DNA from: Deltaproteobacteria bacterium
Lineage (GTDB): Bacteria; Myxococcota; JACRCW01
Reading direction: 5' to 3'
Length of the DNA stretch: 50,630 nt
Assembly: GCA_016218805.1 (NCBI GenBank)
Contig: JACRCW010000095.1
Coordinates: 1-50,630, forward strand
Of this stretch, positions 36,683 to 45,187 are shown piece by piece. A program made the position numbers and the translations under genes. The notes under the pieces were generated by a model, which saw nothing but the letters and a program-made list of their open reading frames with translations, ran no database searches and was not told the origin of the DNA. The stretch's first letter is position 1; each line of letters begins with the position of its first letter.

Positions 36683-37762
36683 TCACCAGCGGCCGTAGCC
36701 GCTGATGCGCGCGTTGTTGAGGTCATAACTGCGGCGGCGGACGGCGTCAGAGCTGTTGCCTTCCACCGTGTAGACCTTGCCGTTCTCCACGCGCTCCACC
36801 ATGCCCACGTGCCGCCCGTTGCCCGCGTCGGACGCGCCGCGGTTGGCAAAGAAGATGATGTCCCCGGGCTTGGGCTCCTGGGTGCCACGGCGGAACCACG
36901 CGTTGTTGGCCTTCATCTGGTCTTCCATGTACTGCACGCTGGCCAGGGACCGCTGGTTGCCCGGCAGCGGGTGGCCGGCCTGGCGGAAGTTCCACGATAC
37001 AAAGTTGGCGCACCACGGCTCCTGCCGCCCGTTCATGTAGCGCTGGGAGGGTGTGCCGTCGTTGTTGCCGGTGGCTTCGCGCACGCCCACCTGGGTCTGC
37101 GCGCTGGCCAGCGCCCGCTCGCCGTTGGTGCCGGCGGGCAGGTTGCGCGCGGCGGCCGCGGCGTCCGCCTCACCGGCGCCGCCCACGTTGGCGCGCGCGT
37201 TGGGATTGGGGGGCCGGGCGCCGTTGAGCGCGCGGTCCATGGCGTCACGCGTGTTGGGGCCGTACACGCCGTCCGGGCGGAGGTTCCACTGCGCCTGGAA
37301 CTGCTGCAGCGAGTCCTGCGTGCGTGCACCGAACTGCCCGTCCACGCTCTTCTGCGTCAGGTACCCCAGCTGCTGCAGGCCCTGCTGGAGTTCGCGGACG
37401 CTGGAGCCGGTGGCGCCGGCGCGCAGGTTGGCGCGCGGGGCCTGGGCCACGCCTGCGGACGCGGCGTCCGGCGCCGGCGCGGGAGCCTGGGCGGGCGTCC
37501 CCTGCATGACCTGTTGGGTCCGGGGGCCGTAGATGCCATCCGCCGTGATGTGGTTGTCCTTCTGGAGTTTCTTGAGCGCCTTCTCCGTCTGGGCCCCGAA
37601 CACGCCATCCGCGCTCCCCTCCGGCAGGTAGCCGGCCTCCACCAGGGCGCTCTGCATCTGGCGGACGGCGGGGCCCCGGTCGCCCTGTTCAAGCAGCGCG
37701 TTGGGCAGGGTCTGCTGGGTCTGGCCAAGGGGGCGGGTGTTGTTGACGGAACCGATGGACAT
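36683..37762 (-). CDS. Peptidoglycan-binding (2x PG_binding_1) + CHAP domain peptidoglycan hydrolase
   Basis: Repeated DGVFG..T..A.K..Q / DGIYGP.T motifs. CHAP motifs WCANFVSW, PGDIIFF, HVGMV and TVEGN. No Sec signal peptide. Confidence 0.9.
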   Translation of the reverse strand: MSIGSVNNTRPLGQTQQTLPNALLEQGDRGPAVRQMQSALVEAGYLPEGSADGVFGAQTEKALKKLQKDNHITADGIYGPRTQQVMQGTPAQAPAPAPDAASAGVAQAPRANLRAGATGSSVRELQQGLQQLGYLTQKSVDGQFGARTQDSLQQFQAQWNLRPDGVYGPNTRDAMDRALNGARPPNPNARANVGGAGEADAAAAARNLPAGTNGERALASAQTQVGVREATGNNDGTPSQRYMNGRQEPWCANFVSWNFRQAGHPLPGNQRSLASVQYMEDQMKANNAWFRRGTQEPKPGDIIFFANRGASDAGNGRHVGMVERVENGKVYTVEGNSSDAVRRRSYDLNNARISGYGRW

Positions 37763-37849
37763 GGCGCGCTCCGGGCTTGCGGGGTGGACATGTAGGTTGT
37801 CGGTCACCTGCCTGACGGGTTGTCCGACTAGGACAACTGACCGAGGGGA

Positions 37850-39544
37850 TCAGGCCAGCAGCGTGGCGTGGACTTTGGGGGCCTTGCGCTCCACCACGTG
37901 TTCGGCGGCGTGGGCCAGGCTCAGCAACAGTGATTCATCCCAGGGGCGCCCCATGGCGTGCATGCCCACCGGCAGACCCAACCGGTCATACCCGGCGGGA
38001 AATGAAATGGCCGGCACACCCGTGAGGTTTCCAAGCAGGATGAAGCGCATCATGCGCTCCATCACGCCCATGTCGGATTCGCCGGTGGACAGGGTGTCCG
38101 CGGCGATGAGGCCGGCGGTGCCGCCGGTGGTGGGCGTGACCACCGCGTCCACGCGGTCAAACAGGCCATCCATCATGCGCAGCGCGCGCGTCCGCATGCG
38201 CTGCGCCTGGACAAAGTCGGTGGCCTGCAGCACCTCGGCCAGCGCCATGTTGAGGCGGACGTCATGGCCGTATTCGCCCGGCTCTGCGGCAAAGTGCGCC
38301 GCGCGGGACACGGCCATCTCCGTGGCAATGGTGACCAGGTGGGCCAGGCGCACCAGGCCCAGGTCCGCCAGTTCCACTTCCACCACGGTGGCACCCGCCA
38401 CCTTGAGCCCCTCCAGCGTGCGGCGGAACGCGGCCACCACGTCGGGCTCGGCGTCCTCCACCCACGGCCAGAACACCCCCAGCCGCACATCGGAGAGGTC
38501 CGCGTCGCCAAAGCCGTCCAACGTGGGCGGCGGCTGGTAGCGGCTCATGGCGTCATTGGGGTCGGGCCCGGCGCACACCGCGTAGGCCAGCGCCACGTCG
38601 CGCGCGGTGGCGCCCATGGGTCCCACGTGGCCCACGCTCCAGCACAGCGGGGCGGCGCCGTATTCGCTCACGCGGCCAAAGGTGGCCTTCAGCCCGACGA
38701 CACCGCACAGCGCCGCGGGGATGCGGATGGACCCGCCACCATCCGCGCCCAGGGCTACCGGGCACAGGCCCGCGGCCACCGCAGCGGCCGTCCCCGACGA
38801 GGATCCCCCGGTGAACCGCGCAGGGTCATACGGGTTGCGTGCGGAACCGTGGTGCGGGTTGATGCCGGTGATGCCCATGCCCAGTTCGTGCATGTTGGTC
38901 TTGCCAATGAGCACGGCGCCGGCCGCGCGCAGCCGCGCCACCGCGGTGGCCTCCTGCGCCGGCGTCACAACCCCGCGCGCCCCCATGAAGCGCGTGCCCA
39001 CCGTCGTGGGATAGCCGGCCTGGTACAGCTCGTCCTTGATGGCCACCGGCACGCCATCCAGCGGCGAAAGCGGCTTGCCCTCGCGCCACCGCGCGGACGA
39101 CGCCTCCGCCTGCGCCGTGACGTCCTCCCGGCGCTGCGCGATGAGGGTACGCATCGGCGGATGCATCGCCTCACCCGCTTCGGTGGCCGCCAGCACGCGC
39201 TGGGCAACCTGCGCGGGTTGGGTCCGGCCGGCGCGGTAGGCCGCGTGGAAATCCGCCACCGTTTCAAACCGGAAGCCGTGCGTGTCCCCGCCGTCCGGGG
39301 CGGTGGCCAGCGCCTGCAGGTCCAGGGGCGCGGCCGCGGCGGGCGGGGTGCGGGGCACGTGGATGGGTGACAGCGTCGGGGGTTCGGTGAAGGACGCGCG
39401 GCGCAGCGCGTCCATGCCCACCTGGCTCAGCATCTGCGCACGGATGATGGCGCCCACCACCGGTGCATCCGTCAGCGGGGCCACGGCCCGGATGGCCGCC
39501 CCGGCCAGTCGGGGGGCGTGCACGGAAACCTTCTCGTAGGTCAT
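37850..39544 (-). CDS. Amidase-signature family enzyme (fatty acid amide hydrolase-like)
   Basis: LDGVPVAIKD, GKTNMHELG, GGSSSG and GADGGGSIRIPA (Ser-cisSer-Lys). AGGAGAGG RBS. Confidence 0.92.
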   Translation of the reverse strand: MTYEKVSVHAPRLAGAAIRAVAPLTDAPVVGAIIRAQMLSQVGMDALRRASFTEPPTLSPIHVPRTPPAAAAPLDLQALATAPDGGDTHGFRFETVADFHAAYRAGRTQPAQVAQRVLAATEAGEAMHPPMRTLIAQRREDVTAQAEASSARWREGKPLSPLDGVPVAIKDELYQAGYPTTVGTRFMGARGVVTPAQEATAVARLRAAGAVLIGKTNMHELGMGITGINPHHGSARNPYDPARFTGGSSSGTAAAVAAGLCPVALGADGGGSIRIPAALCGVVGLKATFGRVSEYGAAPLCWSVGHVGPMGATARDVALAYAVCAGPDPNDAMSRYQPPPTLDGFGDADLSDVRLGVFWPWVEDAEPDVVAAFRRTLEGLKVAGATVVEVELADLGLVRLAHLVTIATEMAVSRAAHFAAEPGEYGHDVRLNMALAEVLQATDFVQAQRMRTRALRMMDGLFDRVDAVVTPTTGGTAGLIAADTLSTGESDMGVMERMMRFILLGNLTGVPAISFPAGYDRLGLPVGMHAMGRPWDESLLLSLAHAAEHVVERKAPKVHATLLA

Positions 39545-39561
39545 GGACCTCTCCTTGAGAG

Positions 39562-40053
39562 TCAAAACGGGACGACCACGGGTCTGTCGTCTTCCTTCTT
39601 GGGCACGTCCGCGGGGGGCGGGCCCGCGTCCGGGGCGGCGCCCTTGCTGTCCGGTGCGGGCGCCGGTGCGGGGGGCCGCACGGAATCGTCCAGCGGGACC
39701 ATGACAAAGTTGTACTCGTCCGCCAGGCCGTAGCTGAACAGGCAGCCCGTCAGGGAGATGCCCAGCGTGGGCACGCACAGACACGCCGCGGGACACGCGT
39801 ACTTCCACTGCAGGTCATCCTGCTCCAGCTTCTCCACGCGGGGCTCATAGCCGTCCAGTTCCAGTTCCAGGCGGTAGACCTTGGACCAGCCGGTGGTCTC
39901 CTCAAAGAAGAACGGCGTGGTCCCCACCATGTCCCCGTTGACCTTGGCGCGCGCGCCCGGAGGCGTGGAGCGGATCACCACCCAGTGCGTGCAGCCGCTC
40001 AACAGGAAGCTGGCGACGAACAGTCCCACCCACCGCAGCAGGTTCTCTGGCAT
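39562..40053 (-). CDS. PEGA-domain lipoprotein
   Basis: Lipobox LSGC and IRSTPPGARAKVNG...GTTP...LELDGY. Confidence 0.8.
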   Translation of the reverse strand: MPENLLRWVGLFVASFLLSGCTHWVVIRSTPPGARAKVNGDMVGTTPFFFEETTGWSKVYRLELELDGYEPRVEKLEQDDLQWKYACPAACLCVPTLGISLTGCLFSYGLADEYNFVMVPLDDSVRPPAPAPAPDSKGAAPDAGPPPADVPKKEDDRPVVVPF

Positions 40054-40155
40054 GGGCGCTGCTGTACCAAGACACCCGCCCGCCGTGAAAGCGCGCCCGG
40101 CACAGCTGCCGCGTGCTAACCGTGGGCGTCACCTTCCGCCCGAGGAGGAATCCGC

Positions 40156-41883
40156 ATGGCCCCGACGACACAGGGTGGCGCGTTCATGCTGGACGGACCG
40201 CGGCCGGCCTTCACCACGCCGGAAGCGTTTGACGAGGAACAGCGCGCCCTGCAGCGCATGGCGGCGGACTTCACCTGCGGCGAGCTGCTTCCCGTGGTGG
40301 CGCGCCTGGAGGCGCAGGAGCCGGGGCTGATGCGGGCGCTGCTGCGCAAGGCGGGCGCGCTGGGCCTGCTGGCCGGTGACATCCCGGAGGAGTACGGCGG
40401 CCTGGGGCTGCCCAAGACCACCACGCTGCTGCTGCAGGAGGCCATGGTCCACTACGGCAGTTGGGGCGTGACGCTGGGCGCGCACACCACGATTGGGACG
40501 CTGCCCATCCGGTTCTTTGGGACGCCCGCGCAAAAGGCGCACTACCTGCCGCGGCTGGCCAGCGCAGAACGGGTGGCCGCCTACGCGCTGACGGAGGCGG
40601 GCAGCGGGTCCGACGCGCTGGCGGCGCGCACTACGGCGCGCCGCGACGGGGAGCACTGGGTGTTGGACGGCACCAAGCAGTGGATCACCAACGCGGGCTT
40701 TGCGGACGTTTTCACGGTGTTCGCCAAGGTGGACGGCGCCGCGTTCACCGCGTTCATCGTCGAGCGCGGCGATCCCGGCGTGCGCGTGGGCCCGGAGGAG
40801 AAGAAGCTGGGCATCCGCGGTTCGTCCACGTGTGACCTGGTGCTGGACGGTGCGCAGCTGCCCGCGGACCGGCTGCTGGGCGAGGTGGGGCGCGGGCACC
40901 GGATCGCGTTCGGGATCCTGAACATGGGCCGGCTCAAGCTCGGGAGCGGCGCGGCAGGCAGCTGCAAGTACGCGCTGGGGCTCGCCGTGGAGTTCGCACG
41001 GACGCGCCGCCAGTTCGGGCGGGCCATCGCGGAATTCGGGATGGTGCGGGAGAAGCTGGCCGCCATGGCGGTGCGCACGTTCCTGGTGGAGTCCATGGCG
41101 TACCGCACCAGCGGGCTCATTGACGCGTTCCTGCACGCCGGGGACGGCAGCGTGGGGCACGAGCAGCGCGCGCTGGAGGAGTACGCGGTGGAGTGCAGCA
41201 TCCTGAAGGTGGCCGGCAGCGAGGCGGCCGCGTGGGTGGCCGACGAGGCGCTGCAGGTCCACGGCGGGTACGGCTTCACCGCGCACTTCCCCATTGAGCG
41301 CGTGTACCGCGACGTGCGCATCAACCGCATCTTTGAGGGCACCAACGAGATCAACCGCCTCATCATCCCCGGCACGCTGCTCAAGCGCGCCGCGCGCGGC
41401 GGCCCCGCGTGGCTGACACCCCCGGACGCACCCCCGCCGCCCGCCCCTGCCGGCCCGCTGGGCCAGGAGGAGCGCTTTCTCGTCGTGGCCCGCCGGCTGG
41501 TGGCCCGGCTGTGCGCGCACGCCAGCACCACGCTGGGCGAAGCGCTCGACGAGCGCCAGGACGTCCAGCACCGGATGGCGGACCTGCTCATGGACGTGTT
41601 CGCGGTGGACACGGTGCTGGGGCGCGCGCACCAGACGCGCGAGCACCTGGGTCCCGAAGCGGCCCGCCTGCAACAGGCCCTGAGCGCGTGGGCCACCTAC
41701 GACGCCAGCGAGCGGATCCGCGGGAACGCACGGCGCCTGGCAGCCGCGCTCGCCTCTGGGCCCGCGCTGGATGCGCTCCTGGACCAGACGCGCGCGCTGG
41801 AGGTCCGCCCGCCGGACCTGCTTCACGCGCGGGAGACCATCACCGAGCGCCTCCTGGCCGACGGGGCCTACCGGCAACCCTGA
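40156..41883 (+). CDS. Acyl-CoA dehydrogenase (long FadE/VLCAD-like, with C-terminal extension)
   Basis: YALTEAGSGSDA, GTKQWITNAGF, KLGIRGSST and QVHGGYGF...RINRIFEGTNEINR. Confidence 0.93.
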   Translation: MAPTTQGGAFMLDGPRPAFTTPEAFDEEQRALQRMAADFTCGELLPVVARLEAQEPGLMRALLRKAGALGLLAGDIPEEYGGLGLPKTTTLLLQEAMVHYGSWGVTLGAHTTIGTLPIRFFGTPAQKAHYLPRLASAERVAAYALTEAGSGSDALAARTTARRDGEHWVLDGTKQWITNAGFADVFTVFAKVDGAAFTAFIVERGDPGVRVGPEEKKLGIRGSSTCDLVLDGAQLPADRLLGEVGRGHRIAFGILNMGRLKLGSGAAGSCKYALGLAVEFARTRRQFGRAIAEFGMVREKLAAMAVRTFLVESMAYRTSGLIDAFLHAGDGSVGHEQRALEEYAVECSILKVAGSEAAAWVADEALQVHGGYGFTAHFPIERVYRDVRINRIFEGTNEINRLIIPGTLLKRAARGGPAWLTPPDAPPPPAPAGPLGQEERFLVVARRLVARLCAHASTTLGEALDERQDVQHRMADLLMDVFAVDTVLGRAHQTREHLGPEAARLQQALSAWATYDASERIRGNARRLAAALASGPALDALLDQTRALEVRPPDLLHARETITERLLADGAYRQP

Positions 41884-41952
41884 CCGCGGCGCCGTGCCAC
41901 AGCGGAGCGCGCAATTCCCCCTGCACGCGCCTCCCCGGCGCAGTACATCCCG

Positions 41953-41970
41953 GGCTATCAGCCGATAGCC
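41953..41970. promoter_or_regulatory. Palindromic operator candidate (TetR-type)
   Basis: GGCTATC-AGCC-GATAGCC has perfect 7-bp inverted arms and lies 30 nt upstream of an operon containing a TetR gene. Confidence 0.6.
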
Positions 41971-42000
41971 TCGTGCGGCGTGGCGAGGGAGGAGGGCGTG

Positions 42001-42336
42001 ATGTCCAGCGAAGACAAGGTGGTCTGCGCGGCCTGCGGAAGGCACGTGCACCCGGTGGGTGGGGCCGGGGCCATGTGGTCGGTGGCGGTGGTGCTGGGAT
42101 ACGGGGTGATGATCGCACTGGTGTTCCTGGCGTCACTCGCCGGCCCGTTCCTTCCCACGGTGGTGCTGCCGGTGTTCATGCTGGTGGGGCTGGGGATGAT
42201 GGCGCCGCTGCATGAGCGCGCCGGGCGGCTCCCCGAATGCCCGGCGTGCGGGAAGTACGTGGAGGCCCGGTTGACGACGGCGGCGCCGCATGCGGCGTCT
42301 ACCCCGCGGGGCCGGCCGGTTGCACGCGCGGCCTGA
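42001..42336 (+). CDS. Small membrane protein with split CxxC...CxxC zinc ribbon
   Basis: GGAGGAGG RBS, then CAACG, two TM helices and CPACG. Confidence 0.75.
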   Translation: MSSEDKVVCAACGRHVHPVGGAGAMWSVAVVLGYGVMIALVFLASLAGPFLPTVVLPVFMLVGLGMMAPLHERAGRLPECPACGKYVEARLTTAAPHAASTPRGRPVARAA

Positions 42337-42355
42337 CGGGGCCCATGGTGCGGGC

Positions 42356-43015
42356 GTGGGCCGGCGTCCGCTGCTTCCCGTTCCCAATCCCGCCGCGTCC
42401 CTGCCGGCGCGCCACCTGGAGATCCTGCGCGCGGCCATGCGGCTGGTGGCGGAACGCGGCTACGCGGGCGCATCCCTGCGCGAGCTGGCCCGCCGCGTGG
42501 GGATGAGCCAGCCGTCGCTGTACCACTACTGCCGGAGCAAGGAGGACCTGGTGGAACAGGTCATCCTGTGCTGCGGTGCGGACGCGCTGCTGGCACCGGA
42601 TGCGGGGGAGCTCCCGGCAAGCCTGGAGGACTTCCCGCGCTTCATCACCTCCTACATCCTGTCGCTGTACGACGCCGCGGATTACCAGGTGTTCGTGCGC
42701 TTCATGTTCGCGGTGAGCGCGCACAAGCCGCGCTACCGCAACGCCCTGCGCCGCGTGTACGAGGAGTCACTGGCGCAGCTCACGCCGGTCCTGCTGGGCC
42801 CGTTTGTCAGCCGGGGGGAGCTCACGGCGGAGGACGCGCATGCGCTGATGCGCCTGCTGGTGAACACGGTGGGCCTGCTGTGCATGGAGCGCCGCGTGGT
42901 CTACGCGGAGAAGGAGCACCGGGAGGATACGCGGGCGTTTGCCGCGTGGGTTTCCCAGATGGCGGAGCACCTGGTGCGGACCGTCCTGCGGCAGCGGGCC
43001 GCCGCGGCAATGTGA
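42356..43015 (+). CDS. TetR/AcrR family transcriptional regulator
   Basis: EILRAAMRLVAERGYAGASLRELARRVGMSQPSLYHYCRSKEDL HTH. The start is uncertain (GTG 42356 or ATG 42290). Confidence 0.9.
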   Translation: MGRRPLLPVPNPAASLPARHLEILRAAMRLVAERGYAGASLRELARRVGMSQPSLYHYCRSKEDLVEQVILCCGADALLAPDAGELPASLEDFPRFITSYILSLYDAADYQVFVRFMFAVSAHKPRYRNALRRVYEESLAQLTPVLLGPFVSRGELTAEDAHALMRLLVNTVGLLCMERRVVYAEKEHREDTRAFAAWVSQMAEHLVRTVLRQRAAAAM

Positions 43016-43060
43016 GGGCTTTTCCCGCGGGGCCCTGCTGGGACTAGGATGGGGTCCCAC

Positions 43061-43945
43061 ATGAACCAGCCGCCTCCCAAGGACCCCAAGGGTCCCGCCG
43101 CACCTGCGCCCGCGCCGGCAGCCGGCAAGGACAAGCTGGAGACCAGCGGCCGCAACATCTTCACCCGCGGGAGGAATTTTGACTTCAACCCCACGCCGGT
43201 GAAGAAGCCCGGCGCCGTCACCGGGGAGCAGTCCAGCCCCGCCCTGCGCGTGCCGGTGCGCATTGGTGCCACAGGGGGGAGCGGCGGTTCGCCGCGGGCC
43301 CCCGCCGCACCGCAGGCCACCACCCGCGCGGGTGCCGCCGAACCCGCCTTCACCATGCCCGGCGCACCCGCGGGCGGCGCCCCCCCTGACCAGAAGAAGC
43401 CCATCAACCTCCAGGCCGGCTCCTCAGCGGTGGCGGCGCGGGCCCCCGCCCCCAGCCCCAAGTCCTCCGCGCCCGGCGGCCCGGGGAAGCCCGCGGCGCC
43501 TGCGGCACCGGGCGGTGGCAAGGCCGCGGCCGCCAAGCCCCCGCCGCCCAAGCCCCAGGGACTCATCACGGACGGGGACAAGCTGGCCTACCAGGGCAAG
43601 CTGCCGGTCTACGTGGGCAAACCCGAAGACGGCAACCCGATGATCGACGCCGAGGACGCGACGTTCGTGTTCGACCCCAAGGGGCAGCGGGTGCAGCTGC
43701 AATGCCGCGTGGCGTCCATCATGCTGAAGGCCGCGTGCCTGCACCTGGGCATCCCGCCGCCGGACCGCGGGCCCAAGAAGTTTGTGTTCACCGCCAACCT
43801 CAAGGCGGAAGAAGTGCGCAAGCACATGGCGCAACTGTTTGACGGGAACCTGGAGGTCCGGCTGGGCGCCAATGAAAACGGCCGCCCCGTCCTGTTGGAC
43901 CTCACCGCCTACGAATCCTACCAGGTCACACCCGCCGCAACGTGA
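43061..43945 (+). CDS. Hypothetical protein: Pro/Ala-rich disordered N-terminus plus ~125-aa globular C-terminal domain
   Basis: Long ORF with host-like codon usage. No recognised motif. Confidence 0.7.
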   Translation: MNQPPPKDPKGPAAPAPAPAAGKDKLETSGRNIFTRGRNFDFNPTPVKKPGAVTGEQSSPALRVPVRIGATGGSGGSPRAPAAPQATTRAGAAEPAFTMPGAPAGGAPPDQKKPINLQAGSSAVAARAPAPSPKSSAPGGPGKPAAPAAPGGGKAAAAKPPPPKPQGLITDGDKLAYQGKLPVYVGKPEDGNPMIDAEDATFVFDPKGQRVQLQCRVASIMLKAACLHLGIPPPDRGPKKFVFTANLKAEEVRKHMAQLFDGNLEVRLGANENGRPVLLDLTAYESYQVTPAAT

Positions 43946-43950
43946 GCCAA

Positions 43951-43990
43951 CCTCCTCCCCCCGCTTGCGGGGGGAGGCCGGGTGGGGGGC
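43951..43990. repeat. REP-like palindrome / bidirectional terminator between convergent genes
   Basis: CCTCCCCCCGC-TT-GCGGGGGGAGG followed by the G-rich tail CCGGGTGGGGGG. It is a single copy in this window. Confidence 0.55.
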
Positions 43991-44002
43991 GGAGCTGGCG
44001 GG

Positions 44003-44650
44003 TCACTCCCGCGCCACGTGGTAGTGCAGGAACACTTCGTCACCGACGACGGAGCAGTTGACCAAGCTGAGGCGCGGGGCCTCCGCGGGGCGGAAGGCCG
44101 GTCCGTCCACGGGCGTGGGCGCGCCCTGGCCCGCCAGCACCAGCGGCGCCAGCGTCAGGTGCAGCTCGTCCACCAGGCGTTCTCGAAAGAACATGCCCGT
44201 GAGCCCGCCGCCGCTTTCCAGCAGCACGTGCTCCACGCCGCGCGCGGCCAGCGCGTCCAGGATCCCGCGGGCGGTCACCGGGTTGAGGCGCACCAATTCC
44301 ACGCGCCCAGGCAGGTCCGGCTGCGCCGCGCTCTCCGGCTGGATCACCAGCGGCCGGACCCGGGGGTCGGCAAACATGGGCGCTCCCAGCGGCAGGCCGC
44401 CGCCCGCGGTGACCACCACGTTGAACGGCGGGGCGGCGCGCGGCGGTGACCCGGTCAGCCGCGCCCCGTTTTCCACCATGGCCTGCGGCCAGGCGCGGAA
44501 GGTGGCGCCGCCGGTGACAATGGCGTCCGCCTGCCGGCGCAGCACGGCCATGCGCCGGTGGTCCTCGTCAGACCCGAACGACACGTGCGCCCGCTCCGGC
44601 GGCCCGATGCGCCCGTCCACGCTGGCCGCCACGTTGCAGAAGACCCTCAT
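44003..44650 (-). CDS. RibD C-terminal-like (DHFR-fold) reductase
   Basis: NVAASVDGRI, LRRQADAIVTGGATFR and VLLESGGGL...LVDELHLTLAPLVLAG. ATGA overlap with folB. Confidence 0.85.
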   Translation of the reverse strand: MRVFCNVAASVDGRIGPPERAHVSFGSDEDHRRMAVLRRQADAIVTGGATFRAWPQAMVENGARLTGSPPRAAPPFNVVVTAGGGLPLGAPMFADPRVRPLVIQPESAAQPDLPGRVELVRLNPVTARGILDALAARGVEHVLLESGGGLTGMFFRERLVDELHLTLAPLVLAGQGAPTPVDGPAFRPAEAPRLSLVNCSVVGDEVFLHYHVARE

Positions 44651-45039
44651 CCCCCGTCCCCATCCCGGAAGTCCGCGGCGGTGCGCGTGCACTCCACCGC
44701 CACGCTGTCCACCATGGGCATGTCCAACGGCACCTTCTCCACGCGCACCCGGACGGTGACGGAGGGGAACAAACGCACCGTCTCGCGCGCCAGGTCCACC
44801 GCCAGCGCCTCCACCATGTCATACGTCTTGCCCGCCACGTGCTCCTGCAGGCGCGCGGTGAGCACGTAATAGTCCACCAGGCCGTCCGCGCGGTCCCGCC
44901 CCGGCCCGGTGCGGAAGTCCGTCCAGATGGACAGGTCCACGCGCACCGCCTGCTCAATGTGGCGCTCGTAGTCGTGGAAGCCAATGCGCACCCGCAGGCG
45001 CAAGGCCCGGCACTGGACCAGGTCACCGGACGTCACCAT
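44647..45039 (-). CDS. folB: Dihydroneopterin aldolase
   Basis: [22 protein letters not shown] and VRVRVEK.P. GAAGGGG RBS. The ORF track shows it only as the tail of a longer spurious ORF. Confidence 0.85.
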   Translation of the reverse strand: MVTSGDLVQCRALRLRVRIGFHDYERHIEQAVRVDLSIWTDFRTGPGRDRADGLVDYYVLTARLQEHVAGKTYDMVEALAVDLARETVRLFPSVTVRVRVEKVPLDMPMVDSVAVECTRTAADFRDGDGG

Positions 45040-45187
45040 GGGCGTTCCCCTTCGTGGCCGACGGGGCCTGAGGCCCCCGGGGCTTGCCTCGCGCCCCATG
45101 CCGGCTGTAACGCCAGTGGCCAGCGCCATCAAACCCATGGGCGTGGCCCGGTTTTCCGGGCGCGGGTCGCGCGGGAGGCAGTCGGTC

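Noticed and set aside
36683..37762. Prophage endolysin
   Set aside because: There are no holin, structural, integrase or other phage genes in the window, and codon usage is host-like.
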